A stretch of DNA of 58,785 nt, counting the filler, from Jimgerdemannia flammicorona (lineage: Eukaryota), in assembly GCA_003990765.1 (NCBI GenBank). It is 3 parts of 3 records of this genome, joined end to end, with 100 filler letters (N's around TTAATTAATTAA, not from the genome) between each part and the next. Parts side by side here need not be neighbours in the genome. Positions count along the whole stretch, not along the records: positions 19,635 to 39,162 come from RBNJ01001919.1; positions 39,263 to 58,785 come from RBNJ01001920.1; 1 more part is not named here. The stretch is one strand, 5' to 3'. Position 1 is the first letter of the stretch, and each line of letters opens with the position of its first letter. Positions 34,291-47,500 of the stretch are shown in pieces. The notes under the pieces are model-generated. The model had not been told where the DNA came from and searched no databases. It saw only the letters and a list, made by a program, of their open reading frames with translations. The position numbers and the translations under genes were made by a program.

Positions 34291-36222
34291 TATAATGAAA
34301 TTATACTCCAATATCACAAAAAATGATATCATCAAGCTGACATCATCAGATTTGTACCACCAGCAAGGTTATATATTAGAAAAACTAAGAATATTAGTGA
34401 GATTATAATGATTTTATACTAATTTCAACTCTCTTCAGTTAGTGATATTATAGTAGTTACACTAGCTTCTATTAGTTTAGTATATACTCATACTGACATC
34501 ACTATAGATATACCTCTGAAATAAACTAAAGATGCTAAAAATAGTATAAGACTAAATTATTCTTCAGCCACATTGATGTCATAAACTAAAATAGTCTATA
34601 ATATTATAGAAATTAGAGTATATCAAATTTAGTTACTAATATTATTAGCCCTCTAATGTTAAGATCTAGTAAGATCTTTAAGACTAGTGACTTCATGGGC
34701 TAAACTAGACCATAACAAGCTATGAAATTATAGTTACCATATACTAAAATAGTTTATTTGGTAAACAAATAAATATCCTGTAAACTAGCTCTGAAAAATA
34801 ATTATATAAATAATTATTATATAAACTCAAAGATACTTTTCAAAAAATAAAAAACTAAATATAAATAAATTATGTTCTCTCCTTCTGAACATATCTACTA
34901 AGTACTCTGAAATGCTATCTTTGACCATCAATACCAGTTCTCCTAGAAATATATTGATATAAATATCTATAATCTTAAGTAGTATCTATAAGCTACTGAT
35001 GAAGTTGTATCAAGAATGCAATAGATCACTAGATACTTCATGATATTGAGAAACTACTAGACAGGTAGACTTATTGTCAGAAGTAGTATAAATATTTCAG
35101 AGATACTAGACAAATATAGTGTCTCTATCTTTAGATAGTATATTTTGCTCTATACGTATCTACCAATTGTTCAGAAAAATACCCTTTGCCATTAGTAGCA
35201 TATAAGAAATAGCTCTTGTCAAAATTAGCAGCCTTAATGATACCCACACAATATAAGTAGAGTTAGATCTTATAAATAACTTTAACCTTTAAGACCAGAT
35301 GATACTTGGCTATATAAGAATGAGATATTCAACTCTATCATTAGTCTCTTCCAAGGATCAATTATATAAGTCTCCATCCCTATCAGTGCCTGGCCACCTG
35401 GCTTTCCTGTTCCCTCATATGTTAGACTAGTCTCTAACTAGTCTACTATATCATCTGAAGCCATAAGATCAGAAGCTAGCTCATAAGAACTAACTTCTTT
35501 CTCATCTAAAATAGAATTAGATAAAAGACTCTTAATCTTTTATATAGAAGTTTATTACTACTATATAATATAATGAAATACTACATCATAAGTTTCAGTC
35601 AAAATCTAGAATAATTACCTCATAACAAGTATATAAAAATAATATTATTAAATAGTATTATTATGACTTTATGATGATACTATTATAGTATAACTTTTGT
35701 ATCATTTTTAGTAAATTTCTATCTTATATTTTCTAGCCAATAGTTAGTCAATATATAAAGATCTCAAAAATATATAAATATCTCCAAATAAGTGACTCAA
35801 TAAAAGACAGAATTTACAGAATACAGAATAAAAGAACAATTAAAAACTTAAGTCTATAATATAAGATAAGTTCTAAAATAAGCTCTAATAGAAAGACTAT
35901 ATCTAAAATTAGATACCCTGAACTCTATAAATACTTGAACTCTGAAGAATCTAAATATAATTCTCAGAACTAGACTATATCTAAAAAGATATACTAAAGA
36001 ACTTAGACTTTAAAGAATTAAAGTCTGTAATTGTCAAATTATTATCCAAGTTTACCAGAAGGAGACTAGATCAATTAAAAGTATAACAGATAGTACTAAG
36101 ATATTAAGACAGCTGTTTCCTCAAACTACAGACATCTGATATAAGTGCCTTTACATTATTAATATTAAGAATCATTAACTCAAAGGATATAACTATCATA
36201 ATAGTGAAGATATACTATTATA
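34291..36222. mobile_element. Heavily mutated solo LTR or LTR-derived insertion, 1932 bp
   Basis: Cleanly interrupts LINE-A. 5-bp TSD tacag/tatag; termini TATAAT..ATTATA, interpretable as mutated TGTAAT..ATTACA. Confidence 0.7.
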
Positions 36223-36426
36223 TATAGTCACATTGTACTTCTGAACTTGGCAGTTACAGCCAAAATGGTTCTGAGGCTTCTGGCCTAGAAGGTGAAAGGG
36301 GTAATATCAGTGAAGTTCTTAAAGAGTCTGAAAGGAGTGGAAGTTGGCTTTGAGGAGAAGAAGTTGAAGAAGAGAGTAGTAGTAGGAGGGGTAGCAATCT
36401 CTATAGCTCAGTACTTATACTAAGAC

Positions 36427-37263
36427 TAGTGCTCTGAATGAGTCAATTCAAATCAAATCCAGATTCAATTTATCACATAATAGTTTGATCCAAATCTCAA
36501 ATCTGAAGCCATCCAAATTAACTTAGATTAATCTGAATCACTTTATCTGAATTATCTTATCTGAATCATCCATCTGAATCACTCTATCTGAATCACTCTA
36601 TCTGAACCACTCAATCTGAATTACTCAATCTGAATTACTCAATTCAAATTACTCAATCTGAATCCTCCAATTTGAATCCTCTAATTCAAATCCTTCAATT
36701 TGAATTCTTCAATCTGAATCCTCATCTAAATCTTTCAACTAAATCCTCTAATCTGAATTCTCTAATCCAAATCCTCTAATCTGAATTCTCTATATGACTC
36801 ATATACCAGATGCATCTATATATACAATATACACATATACAAACATACTACATATGTACATATAAACATATGTCAACAGATCAGTCTTCAATAGTTTATA
36901 GTACTGATAATGCTTTAAGTCAAATATCTCCAATAGTTCCACACCTTTCATACAATCCTCACTCTGAAATCTAACAACATTGTGCTAAGATAGGAAATAA
37001 TATTATTTGTAACTATTATAGGTAAAATCTTATATAATACTGTTTTCATCCACCTCTATAAACTGTATAGCCAGAAGTTCAAAATTCTTAGTAGTTTAAC
37101 TTCAAACATATATTGATATATAAAAGACAAGTACTCTGACAAAATCAAAAAGAATACAAAGATAAATAAAATCAATATCTAAGCTATAGTGGGTATATTT
37201 ATCTGATTGTCTGACTATTTCTATTCTAATAATCCCATTTAATCAAAAATATTTAGCCATACT
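36427..37263. mobile_element. Left end of a hAT-family element inserted in LINE-A
   Basis: Starts TAGTGCTCT like the hAT at 27915; ~13-bp subterminal repeats aatctgaatcactc at 36540-36790. Confidence 0.7.
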
Positions 37264-37711
37264 TAGTGCTCTGACTGAATCAATTTGAATCAAATCCAGA
37301 TTCGATTCATCACATAATGGTTTGATCCAAATCTCAAATCTAAAGCCATCTGAATCAACTCAGATTAATCTGAATTACTCTATCCAAATTACCCCATTTG
37401 AATCACCCATCCAAATCATCCCAATCTGAATCACTCAATCCAAATCACTCAATCTGAATCACTTAATCCAAATTACTCAATCCAAATCCTCTAATTTGAA
37501 TCCTCCAATTCAAATCCTCCAATTTGAATCCTTCAATTTGAATCCTTCAATCTGAATTCTTATCCAAATCCTTCAACTGAATCCTCCAATCTGAATCCTC
37601 CACATGACTCATATACTAGATATATCCATATATACAATACACATATATGCAAATACATGCAAACATACAAATATATATGTCAACAGATTAGTCTTTAACA
37701 GTTCACAGTAC
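37264..37711. mobile_element. Second copy of the same hAT left end, interrupted by an LTR
   Basis: Colinear with 36427-36904 and breaks at ..agtac|tgtgacg. Confidence 0.7.
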
Positions 37712-39162
37712 TGTGACGAGCCAAGACATACCACCTGAATCATATCTTAACCAGATGACGCGAACAAGATGATGTGAACACTCAGCTTAGTAACTAGCAA
37801 CCATTGCTGCAGAAACTGTATAAATAGCCAGACATACCAGAAAGGGTCTGTTTACCTGTACAGACTCTGTACACTGTACAGACTCTATACACTGTATAGG
37901 TCCTGTATACTATACAGACTCTGTACACCTGCCATAAGGAGCAAGTCTATAGTTAGCCACATAGCAACCAGATAGCAACCAACTTGTATAAATTACCCCA
38001 GAGGCGAGAGTGAATAAAACCTCAGTCCAAAATACAAACACCAAAGAAGCCTCTAAAGATTGAGCATTGGTCCCCTTTCCACTCTGGTCCACTTTCCAAT
38101 ATAAAGCTGAAGATTTGCTACCTAAGTTCAAGAAGAACTTCGCCGCCTTTGAAGAGAAACCTGCCTCTTAAGGAATAAGCCACGCTACATTTTTGGTTTG
38201 CTTGCCAGATAAGCCTGAAGATTTCTGCCTTTTCCACCACCTAAGAGAAAGCTGCCTTACTCAAGCCAGTTTCTGATGCAACTTCGCAGTGATCCGTTGT
38301 GCAAACGAAGCCAATCCTTAATGCAACTTTGCCAAGAGACCCTTTCTGAGCCACCCTCCCGTTTCCCAGTCAGAGCCCGCCGATTCAGGAAGAATCTGCA
38401 TTGTCCACTGTTCTCAAGTTATCCGCATTCCCAGAAGAGCCCGATTTGAAACCACTCACGCCATTCAAGTAGTATTCTCAGTTGGAGCTGAATCCGTGCC
38501 ATCCGAGTAGATTCCCAGTTAAGCCGCCGTTTTCAAGAAGCCCGCCAAATCTGCATCGTCCACCACTTTTGTGTCATCCGCCATATTCCCAGTTGAAGTT
38601 GCCAACTCAGGAAGAATCCGCGACATCCAAGTTATTTGTTATTCCCAGTGAGCCCATTGCAGAGGAATCCTCACCATACAATTCCCAGTGAGCCTGTTAC
38701 AGAAGAACTTGCCGCCAGCATAATTCCCAGTAAAGCCCACCGCTTTTGGAGAATCCACACCAAATTGAGTTATCTGCCAAATTATCAGAACATCTGCATA
38801 AGGAACCCATCATGCTACACAAGAGATCGCCCGCCACCCAAGAAGGAGAACCGCTAAATTGCCAGACCATCACACCCAGAGATCGTCACACCAAGACCGT
38901 CACCCAGAAATCACTTACTTTTGGAAATCGCCTCACTACACAAAATTGTAGCATTCTCAGTTGACTCAAGAAGGAAACCCATTCACACACAGATCACTGC
39001 TACACCCAGAGAACAGTCCCAATAAGGAAATCGCTCGCAGATATCCAGCTTTGACTATTATACCACTAAACACCAAGAACATTTTGTTGCTTTTAACAAA
39101 GTAACTGGGGGCTCAAGCCAAACTACATCAACCCCCAACCTTGTAATTTGCCTCCATTGAGC
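37712..39162 (+). repeat. LTR of the same family as 15373-16777, opposite orientation, cut by the gap
   Basis: Starts TGTGAC and has extensive reverse-complement homology with indels, ending ~10 nt short of the homologous LTR end. Confidence 0.9.
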
Positions 39163-39262
39163 NNNNNNNNNNNNNNNNNNNNNNNNNNNNNNNNNNNNNN
39201 NNNNNNTTAATTAATTAANNNNNNNNNNNNNNNNNNNNNNNNNNNNNNNNNNNNNNNNNNNN
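39163..39262. other. Artificial scaffold spacer
   Basis: N44-TTAATTAATTAA-N44. Confidence 0.95.
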
Positions 39263-39856
39263 AAAAAAAAAGTCTCACAAGCACCACATGACTTGCCCCA
39301 TATTGTGCGTGCGAACCTGATCCTATAGAGCAAAATATCTGAATTATCTGGTCATTATGTTTTCATGAAACTAAGCTCATTTTAACTGGTTTAATTACTT
39401 TAATTGTTTAACAACTATTTTTTTTTTTAAAAAAAAAAACTATAAAATTTATACACAGATTAGAATTATAAATAAATCTTATTGAAATTATATACTTTAT
39501 ATATCGCTCTTCACTTTGTGGTTGAGAAATAGAATAAGGTCCGAGTCTTATTTATGGCTAAATGTTTGTCTCTGGAATAATACCCCACCTTTTTTTGACA
39601 TTCCAAATATCTAGTTTATTAGCTAATACATTTAATAAATGCTATATATTTCAAAATGATTAATATCAAAAGATATATATATATACTATTATGGGGCTAC
39701 AAGTCTTTAGCCGTCATGTGTTTTTCCAGCATTAAGCTTTAGCGGCCCAGCCATGGTTACTGAGTTTCAGAGCTATAAATTAGGATACATCGACGAGGAG
39801 GACCTTCCAGCCTCGAACTGAATCCCCCTTAAAAAAAAACAACTGGCCAAAGAAAT

Positions 39857-41203
39857 ATGTCACTACTCTTTCCTTCGGCAAGCGACAGCACCACTGCCCC
39901 AGTTCCTTCATTGGTTATGGCCAAGCTCATTGAAGTACACTCCAGTTTTGCAGAAGACAAATTATTGAATGCTTGGAAGGAGTTCATGACCACATATCCG
40001 AACGCAAAAGATCAACAAATCACAGAGTTCATTGGCGAAAATATCAGGAAGCAAGACTACGCCATATTCCTACGTCGTCTGGGTATGGTGCTCGAAATTC
40101 TCAAGTTCAAGAATATCAAGCTCTTCGATGTCGCGCCAACCGCGCCAACGCAAGCCCAAAATCGAGTATACCGCCCTCCGCACCGGCGCCAGTCTTTTCG
40201 AGATATTCAAGACCCACGCGAAGCAGAGGCCCGGGAGGCTTTCCGAAGCCATCGAAACCTTGAGAGCCACTGTTTCGACACCCAATACCTCCGAGGGAAC
40301 TATCGGACTGCGTCCAATGCGGCACCAGGCCGTGTGTCCGCCGCTGGGGGTCATTCGGCGGTCGTCTTACAACAACTACTCTCGATGCGGGTCCCGGCAG
40401 ATGGTTTTCTCTGGCAACACCTATTTTCTCAATTCCGTGAAGACGACTACGTGCTCGCCACGCTTGATTGCGCGATCGTTTTTCAAGGCTTTATAAACAC
40501 CGGCTCATACGGACAGGAACGCGGAGGGACAACCGAGAGTTTCAATGACCATGAGAAATTCAAGATCTTCCACCAGCACGGATTCAACACGCAAGGGTGG
40601 ATCGAAAAGTTCAAACTTAGCGACCATGACTGGTTTGCTCAACTCCATGTGCAGAAAATATATTTTCAAGAAAAAAACGACATACGTTTCAAGATAAAGC
40701 AAAGACCCGCACCAGGGTTCGTTGACAAGCCAGCGCATTTTTTGTGGTTCTACCACAATGTCTACAAGGTTCGCGACAAAGCCGAGTGGGACTCAAGCAA
40801 TATCGAATCCATACGTGACTACCACTTTGCCGCCTGGAAAGAGGTCCCCAACAAGCTCCCCCTGAGTAAGTGGACGACAGACCAGTGGAAAACGCTATTG
40901 AATATTCCTCTTGGCAGGCTTAGAAGAACCCTCCGGAACCCCGCATATGACAGTATTCATTGCCTGTGGAGTCAAGTCCTTTGGAATCAATTGGTGGATG
41001 AGTTGAAGGAAAAACAAGCGGCTAGAGGAACGCAAGAAAAAACTGACATTGAGAAGACGAAGGAGAAAGAGGAGGATGAACAAATTAGCCTGATCCATGG
41101 GTTTGAAAATGATCTGGATGATACCAAAGAAGTGTTCTTCACCTATGCAAGGCAATGGGGGGATACGTTATCGGGATTGATGGCTGGGAAACTATCGCTT
41201 TGA
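39857..41203 (+). CDS. Intronless hypothetical protein, 448 aa
   Basis: ATG-to-TGA ORF with globular-type composition and normal CpG; TATAAAT at ~39775. No family recognised. Confidence 0.75.
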   Translation: MSLLFPSASDSTTAPVPSLVMAKLIEVHSSFAEDKLLNAWKEFMTTYPNAKDQQITEFIGENIRKQDYAIFLRRLGMVLEILKFKNIKLFDVAPTAPTQAQNRVYRPPHRRQSFRDIQDPREAEAREAFRSHRNLESHCFDTQYLRGNYRTASNAAPGRVSAAGGHSAVVLQQLLSMRVPADGFLWQHLFSQFREDDYVLATLDCAIVFQGFINTGSYGQERGGTTESFNDHEKFKIFHQHGFNTQGWIEKFKLSDHDWFAQLHVQKIYFQEKNDIRFKIKQRPAPGFVDKPAHFLWFYHNVYKVRDKAEWDSSNIESIRDYHFAAWKEVPNKLPLSKWTTDQWKTLLNIPLGRLRRTLRNPAYDSIHCLWSQVLWNQLVDELKEKQAARGTQEKTDIEKTKEKEEDEQISLIHGFENDLDDTKEVFFTYARQWGDTLSGLMAGKLSL

Positions 41204-41516
41204 ACCAATGGTTTATAATTTTATACGATTTACATTTCCCCTTCATATTTTATACCTATTGTTTATTTTCAGCAATAAATAATGAATATCGACGGGTGGT
41301 ATTTTCCCGAAAAGTTTTTTGCTCATGCGTGACATCCCAGCTGGCTTGTTTTCATTACAAACGGCATAGAAAAAGGTGATCTTTTCGTAACCACGCACTG
41401 ATGTGTTGTGGGATTGATCTGGATCATAGTCACGGTCAGTATTGATCGGTCGGCCATACTGGACCGCCACCAAGTTGATGACAATTATGTGAGATGGACA
41501 GAATTTTCCGTTTATT

Positions 41517-44500
41517 CTACCGCATACCTCCCAAGCATTCCGCCACCCACCTTCCGACCCTATCCTCCACTCCCAACGCCAACACCCTCGCCGCCACCAT
41601 CTCGAAACTCCCCGATCGATCGCTAACAAACCCATCACCCTGTACCAAAAGTTCCATTAGAATCCCTATAATCTTTCTATATATTTCACCTGCGGTCGGT
41701 GCACTTGGTAATTCATACAACGAATCCAACTCGTCCATACCCGTCGGTATCGAGTATCGGGCGGATGTGACTTGCCCGACAGGTACTGTATCCAAATGAG
41801 GTTCGCATTTCCGCAACACCCCTATAATTTTCCTCGCATAATGCGGTGTGAACGCCGAGGTGCCTGTGGGAGCCCCCGGGTTTCCGGCCACCCTTACCAA
41901 TGCGATGTAATGGAAAGTCTTCAGAACGTCAAGCACGGTAGCCAATACCACTGGTACATCGACCTTACTCACGGTGAGTTTCTCAATTGCATGTAAGAGC
42001 GCTGTAGCAACGCTGGCGGATTGTTGGAAGAACGCAAGCCCAACCCACCGCAAGCGGTCGTGGCGCACGTGAGCGGAGAGAATGGTGCGGAGAAGGAGCC
42101 GTGCGGTGAATAAAATGTGATTCAAATGGGTGGTTGTGACCGCTATGTGGTGAAGAAATGTGGCGAGGCCGCTGTGTGTGAGAAGCTCGACGGTGATTGT
42201 CGGGATGGCGATCGCGTTGAAGAGAATCTATACCGAGACCAGTAATTTTTGCTGAAAATGTTAGTGAAATGATACCAAGAGGTGGGAGGCATAAAGACAA
42301 AGTGCGTACCTCAACCACAATCTTGCGGGTGATGCCGTCCGCCATTTGCGAATTATAAAAACTCGAAATGATGTCCCAGACATGACGTCTCTTGAGCAGC
42401 TTATAGTCCTGGATTCAAAATTAACGAGGTAACATGAGATTACGTCATTAACATCATCTGGCAAGAACGTATCGAGCATATCATACCTCTGGACATTTCA
42501 ATCCAGCACTGATCAACCTCAACATCCAGACGCGATCTTTCTTGAAGTTGAACGACGATGTGTTAAATAAGCTATAAAACATGGGAATATCCTTTTTTTT
42601 TTTTTTTTTTTTTTTTGACAAGTACTTTGAATTAGAATGTCTGTTAGAATATGACGATGTAAATATAGTTTCTCCGATCACTTAAGCTTACCTCCAAATC
42701 GATAAATGGCCGTTGCAATAAAAACCTGTTAACATGCGGGTACATGAAATGCGCTGGTTGCAACAGTATCGCAAACGCGTGCGCTACAAACACGGTAATA
42801 ATGGTGGGGATGCGTTGCGTCATGGGATCGAGGTGGTCGCCACAGTCAGTGATGGCATTTTTAAGTGAGTCAAGGAGGAGGAGTATTTGCTTCTTTTCGC
42901 GGAATGTTGCGTGCTGGCACAAGAGGTACATACAACGCGAGACAATAAATAAAACAGATAAAACAAAAAACAAACCAAAAGTATTGTACTGTGGGCTTTG
43001 TGGGAATTGCCATTAATCGGGGGATAGGAAAGTATGGGATCAGTTAGGATGACCACGCGCCTACCTCTAGCAGGATGTAGAACTCGTCCATTAAGAAGTA
43101 CGCCACCCTTCGCACATCTTCATCCAGTGACGACATCGCTGTTACGACAAACCCAAGGGCGTTTGTCTCAATGAATTTGCGGCAATCGAGTTGATTACCA
43201 TAAGTCATTAAGCTGGAGAATAAAGGGAGAAGAAACGCCGGGTCGTAGGTTGGGGCCGCGAACTCTTTCTCCCTCTTTTCCTTCTCTTCCCCTCGTAATG
43301 CTTTCGTGACAGGGAATCTTGTGTAAGAGTATGTCATAACCAAGGGATCAAGCAGCGCCAATGACTCAGCAATTGCCCCCGCACCACTGCTTATCACACC
43401 TCCGCGCTGCGCATTGTGACTACGTATTGTGTTAGAGCCCTGGCCCCAGACCATAGCCTTAGCAACGATAGAGTTGCGCGAGCGACGCTCAACGGTAATG
43501 AGAACATCAAGAATCAGCCGATCAGATAGAGAAGTTGTGGCGCTGTAGCTGGAGAGGAGGGCGTCTATGTGAGAAGGGTGCTTTGTTGCAACTGAAGGGC
43601 GGATTCGCACGAGGGTGTGGACAAGGTTGGTAAGTGCAAGGCGGTGTTTGGATTCAGTGGTGGGCATGAAAGATTTTTGAGAAAGTGTCGGAGGGGCTGT
43701 GAGACGCTCGAAGTCCTTATGTTCAATCGTCATCCTCAGGTAGGTTTGAATCGGTTCGTCTTTTTGATGCTAAAATTACACCAAAGAAAACGGATGTGAG
43801 TTAAGAAAAGTGTTGTGATTAATGGCAATGGTAGCAATAGGGTGTAGACAGGTGACCAACTGACCTTCTTATACACGAGCGATATTAAAGTGGCCACGAA
43901 ATCGATCATGACAGATTCGGAAAACCGGTCGAGCAAGATGGCGAAGATGAAATCTCGGACAGTATCGTCACTCAAACCGGAAAAATTATTCAGAGATGCG
44001 GTGGCTATAGAGGCTGTTAAAATAGGAGGAATCTCATCAGTAATAGAGAAGTTGACATCATTGTGTCATTTCAACGAATTTCTGAACTAACCAAGTTTTT
44101 GGAATACTATATCCACGTCGGCAGAACTTCCTAGAAACCCATTCGTTTTCACCAATGCAGCCACATCCTTCAGAAATTCTTCCAAGTACGTTTCCAACAA
44201 TTTGTTCCTCGTTTCCTCTCTAACAGTGATCCTCAGCGCGGTTTCCATGACTAGCAAGGATTCCAACGTTACAAGTGATGCAGTATGCTGCTTTACAATC
44301 TCCAACACGAACAACGGAAACTCGACCGAAGGTGATAGTTCAACAAGTCGAGTAAGTGTAGCAGTGTCCAAAGAAACATCGTGGTGTTTAGATGATGACG
44401 GCGAGGTAAAGATGGCGTAGAGTAAAGTACGGCCATAGTGCTCTACAAGATATGCAGCGAGGCGCTTGTCGTCCTTGGTCGCGTTTCGCATCCAAATTAA

Positions 44501-47500
44501 ATTGTTGTCGGATGATACAGTGGACACGGCTTTCGAAAATGCGTTCATGAGGACCACCATCTCCGGTAATTTAACCTTCTTGTTATTGTTTTTGTTCCCA
44601 AGTACCCATCTGACGAACTCGGCACGATATTGTGGGTCACCGACAATGAGTAACGCAAGGATTTTCGCTCTTGTCTCATTAATATGTTCTAGGATAAATG
44701 TCACAATCATTGGTTCTATTCCTCCTGGGAGGATTCCAAAGAGTCTTTGCTCAGCCAGAGGAAAATCAATGGCCGGTGCCGCGGAATTCCGACGTCCGGT
44801 ATGGCCTAAGATATGGGGCGGCAACGATACTTCGAGAAATTCGGCGATCAGGGTGTCGAACTCGGCACACGGATGTGACTGCCATAGGCGGATAAGTATC
44901 TTGAGCGAACCCGCAGAGACCGTAGAACGGGATGAGGTAATCTTAGAGAGCTTGCTGAGGACTTCTGATAATATGCCGTTAAAGCGCTTGACGTCAGCAG
45001 TCACTTGGCTGGTCGACGAAAATAGCCAGTCGTAATCAAGGCAGAGGAGCTGGTCCAGGATGGAAGACAAATCCTCTTCGTCGCAGAAGCTCAAGAATTG
45101 GGAGAAAAGGGACGCAATCTAAATATTCGATAATATAAAGAGACATCAGAATAACGGCGCGAACTAATTCATATGCTCATGACGGAAAGAGATTCTCCTG
45201 TTAAAATCCGGCCACCTTTTCGTCGAACGCTGCTATCCCCACGATTTTAGCTCCAATCTGATTCAGGTTCCGAAGTACTGCGTCCACCACTCTTTGCTTG
45301 TATGGACGGCACAAAGACGCATCAGTCCTGGAGGTCTTGGCGCGCGACGAACTGGAGCTCAAAAACCTGACGACGAGTTTAGCAACATCTAGAAGTCAAA
45401 TCCCACCCCCACCCCCCAAAAAAAAGAAAGAAAGAAAAAGAAAAAAGACATCGATTTAATATCAGCGCTTTATATCACGGCGAAATAAATTGCACTGGCC
45501 ACAGCGAGGAAAATACGTACGCTGATCTAGAGTATCAAGCAGAAGTTTCGAATCATCCTTTACCATATCATAATCTTCGGTGCCTTTTCCGACCAAAAAT
45601 AATCCTTTCACCACTGGGTGTCCAAATACAACATCCTTCAGCTCGTTGAAGACGGTCTCATTGCCTTGCGACCTGGCTAAAAGATCCTTCAACAAGATGC
45701 AACACGTTTGCAAGGTTGCCATTTCAATTGAGTGCTGGCTCGAGCGCGCCAAAAGTGCCGATAAGAACAAGATAATCAGATGACAAGCGGGCGATATTTC
45801 TTCAACTGGTAACTGATTGATGGATTGCTGAAGCGTTTCGACGATTTTGGAACTTTCCAAAAGAACATGAGTGACGTTCAAAAACAGGGTGGCGAACGGG
45901 ATGTGGAGCAAAAGAGTGCCAATAGATGACACTGGGCTGCATTAGATTGTTAGAGGAAAAAAAATAAAGGGGGGGGGGGTTAGTATTATTGTCAAACTGG
46001 GTAAAGCAAGCCAAGGCATGTTAATATATACATATGCACATCTAAATTGAATTCCCTGACATACTTCTCGTTGCCGTATCCGTGTATATAACGAGTCACT
46101 TCTGTATATGCAAACAAACTCCCTGCTGACGGATGCCGCATTTCGAGATACTCAAGTATGGGCTCATAATTCGACCATGCTAAGTTCTGTTCACAGTGGT
46201 TGGCGAGGTCCGCCAGATATTTGTCAATAGAAGATACGGGCATGCGCAAAAGAAGGGCAATGAAATTGGACCGTCCCGTTTGTAAATGTGACGGATTTTT
46301 GTCTAAAGGGAGCGAGACACTGATGAATTAGTATCTGGGTCGCGAAAACAGCAATTACATCAATCAATCATACAATGAAGGACGTACTCTTGAGCAAAGC
46401 CAATGTCTCTTCTTCAACCGAATCTTTCCGTTTCGCACCCGTCTTCGATTTCGTCAAACCATTCCCTACCTTCCCGTTAATCTTTCTCGCCGCATAGCTC
46501 GCATCCACCGCAATCATGAAGTTCTCGAAATCACTTCCTAATGCAGCAAAAATGCATTTTTCATCCCACTTCCCCGTATTTTTCATCAACTCCTCGTCTA
46601 CACCATCCATTTCAATAACATCCATGACCTTCCGAAGGGACTCCTCCAAATAAAATGGCACCGTCTGCTTCCTCATCAACCTTTTCATCAACCGCGAAAG
46701 GAACAGTGCGATCGGTGTCACGAAAGTCGGTTTCTGCTCACGAACGTATAGGTACTGCTCGAGTAACGTGGCGAGCAGCGGACTGTATGGGTGCGTAAAC
46801 GAGGAGAGGCCCTGAGCGGCAAGGATGTCGACCGTGATGGAGCGGAGTTTCTGCGCGATGAAAGGCCTGCCGCCCACATCCACATTATTCGTTGGGTCCT
46901 GCTCGGTCTGTAGACGCTGGTTGACTGCCGTCACGAGATTCACCACGTCGTCCACGTAGCGATATGGCGTCTTGAGGCACCGACCAATGCAGTCGTCCAT
47001 GAACTGGAGCACTGTTTTTTGGTCTTCGGAGAGCACGCCGGCAGTGTCTGATCCGGCGACGCCAGAGAGCAAAAAGTTACGTGGTAAGGCTTCCAGCCAG
47101 AAGCGGACCTCATTAGCGTCATGTTGAAAGAGGATGGATTCGGACAACAGCTTGTGCAGAATACGTTGGACAAGGTGACGGACGTGGGTGTGATTAGTAG
47201 AGAGGTATAGGGTGAGGAGAGTGGTCAGGTGGGAGGTAGATGAATCCGCTGTGTGTTTATTATACCAATACGATTGGTTAAAATTTAAGAGATCAGAATA
47301 CGCACACAATAATCAACACAAGGTTCACTAAAGACCCACCCATTTACTTACCAGCCTTGCTAGCCCACTTAAAGTCTGGGAGCACCAACAACAGCTCCAA
47401 CAAATGTATCAACGGCCCTAACTGCACCGCCCCCAAATCCACGGGTATGAGCTTCCCGAAATCAAACTTGGATTCCATCATGGCCTCCGGGAGGTATTGC

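Larger units (their letters stand above)
21830..36426 (+). mobile_element. Outer LINE (LINE-A): 5' UTR/ORF1 fragments at ~21830-22241, 34156-34290 and 36223-36426, split by insertions
   Basis: The three pieces are colinear homologs of LINE-B 22280-23035 once the insertions are removed. Confidence 0.75.

Noticed and set aside
15373..39162. LTRs at 15373-16777 and 37712-39162 as the two ends of one element with a flipped middle contig
   Set aside because: Outer flanks do not form a TSD (atata vs agtac), and the LTRs differ by large indels and different U3 repeats.
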